Positions 63,211-64,000 of a stretch of 64,000 nucleotides of DNA are shown here, piece after piece. The stretch lies in contig NC_045698.1 in assembly GCF_009834535.1 (NCBI RefSeq), positions 10,976,001 through 11,040,000 on the forward strand, given 5' to 3'. The stretch is from Camelus ferus. Lineage: Eukaryota. Made by a program: the position numbers and the translations under genes. Position 1 is the first letter of the stretch. Each line of letters begins with the position of its first letter. The notes beneath the pieces were generated by a model. It did no database searches. It saw only the letters and a list, made by a program, of their open reading frames with translations, and was not told the origin of the DNA.

Positions 63211-64000
63211 TCCTGTAATTTTAAAAATTCTTCAAACTTGTTCTAGAATATCTCTGGATCAAGAAAAAGTAAGGATGAATGAATGGTGCAGCATTATAAA
63301 ACTGATGATTATAAAGAAGCCCAAACTTTGAATTCAGTTTAAAATTGTTTTTCGTTAATAGTATTCCATTGTAATTACCAAAAGTTGACATGTTTATGAA
63401 ATTCTTCATTCCACACTAATAATTATACATTTTAGTACTGTTCTTTAGATATAATACAATTACATAGCACTTTATATTTTCTAAGTGGCTGTAATATCTT
63501 TTACATTACTTGACTTTGTCTTCCTTACTTTGATATAAGTAGGGAGGATCTTATTAAGTCTACATTATTAAGGGGAAAACTGAGACCCTACTAAATTAAA
63601 TGGCTCTAAATTCTCATCCTGATTCCAGGCTACATAGCCAATGTCAGTTTACAGATCAGCAGGTGGATGTGTGCAGTCGTGGATACGTGTGCCATGCTTT
63701 GCTAGTTATTTTAAATTTAAGTTCCCCTGACACTTTTCTGCTTATTTTGGAGGGCAGAAGTTGTTTTGTTAAGGTTTTCTTCAGACACAACACAGAGAAG
63801 ACAGGTTTGGAGACTGGACTGAAAATGGAACCTTTGGGTGAGTAAAATTTATTTACTCTTGGCAAACCACAGCTTCCTGTTATCTGACCTTTTCTTAGAG
63901 AGGCTTTTTCTTTTTAAAGGAAAGTAGTTTTAAACACCTATTTAAAAAAAAGTTCTTGGACATTAGATAACTATGAAATAAACCAAATTTTAATGATTGA

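Noticed and set aside
320..63865. Short ORFs in the six-frame track as real genes
   Set aside because: All are 60-122 aa, many with non-ATG starts. They fall in repeats, microsatellites or random frames; only TE and NIFK remnants are recognisable.
1..64000. A novel multi-gene system (defence island, CRISPR array, operon)
   Set aside because: The DNA is mammalian and repeat-dominated. There is no regularly spaced repeat-spacer array and no ORF longer than 122 aa in the supplied track.

Overview
This is AT-rich, CpG-poor eutherian genomic DNA, intergenic or deep intronic, with no protein-coding exon I can support. The young L1 3' ends look cetartiodactyl. I found no Alu, Bov-tA/BovB, PRE-1 or CHR SINEs, which points to a camelid (inference). 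Much of the window is fossil transposable element: L1, L2, MIR, MaLR/MLT1 LTRs, hAT and Tigger DNA transposons, a ~6 kb LTR-bounded ERV-L remnant (~33.5-39.5 kb) and a second, composite ERV-L block (~55.4-60.0 kb). Two host-RNA retrocopies are recognisable: a near full-length, disabled processed NIFK (MKI67IP) pseudogene on the minus strand (~42.3-43.9 kb) and a full-length 7SK copy on the plus strand (~60.2-60.5 kb). The more unusual structures are nested or repeated insertions: L1>Tigger1>NIFK, one target site apparently hit twice at 18.6-19.0 kb, an ERV-L inside an ERV-L, and an out-of-order duplicated L2 segment. I found no evidence of a previously undescribed biological system. Family names come from remembered consensus sequences, not a search, and most boundaries are approximate (tens of bp).
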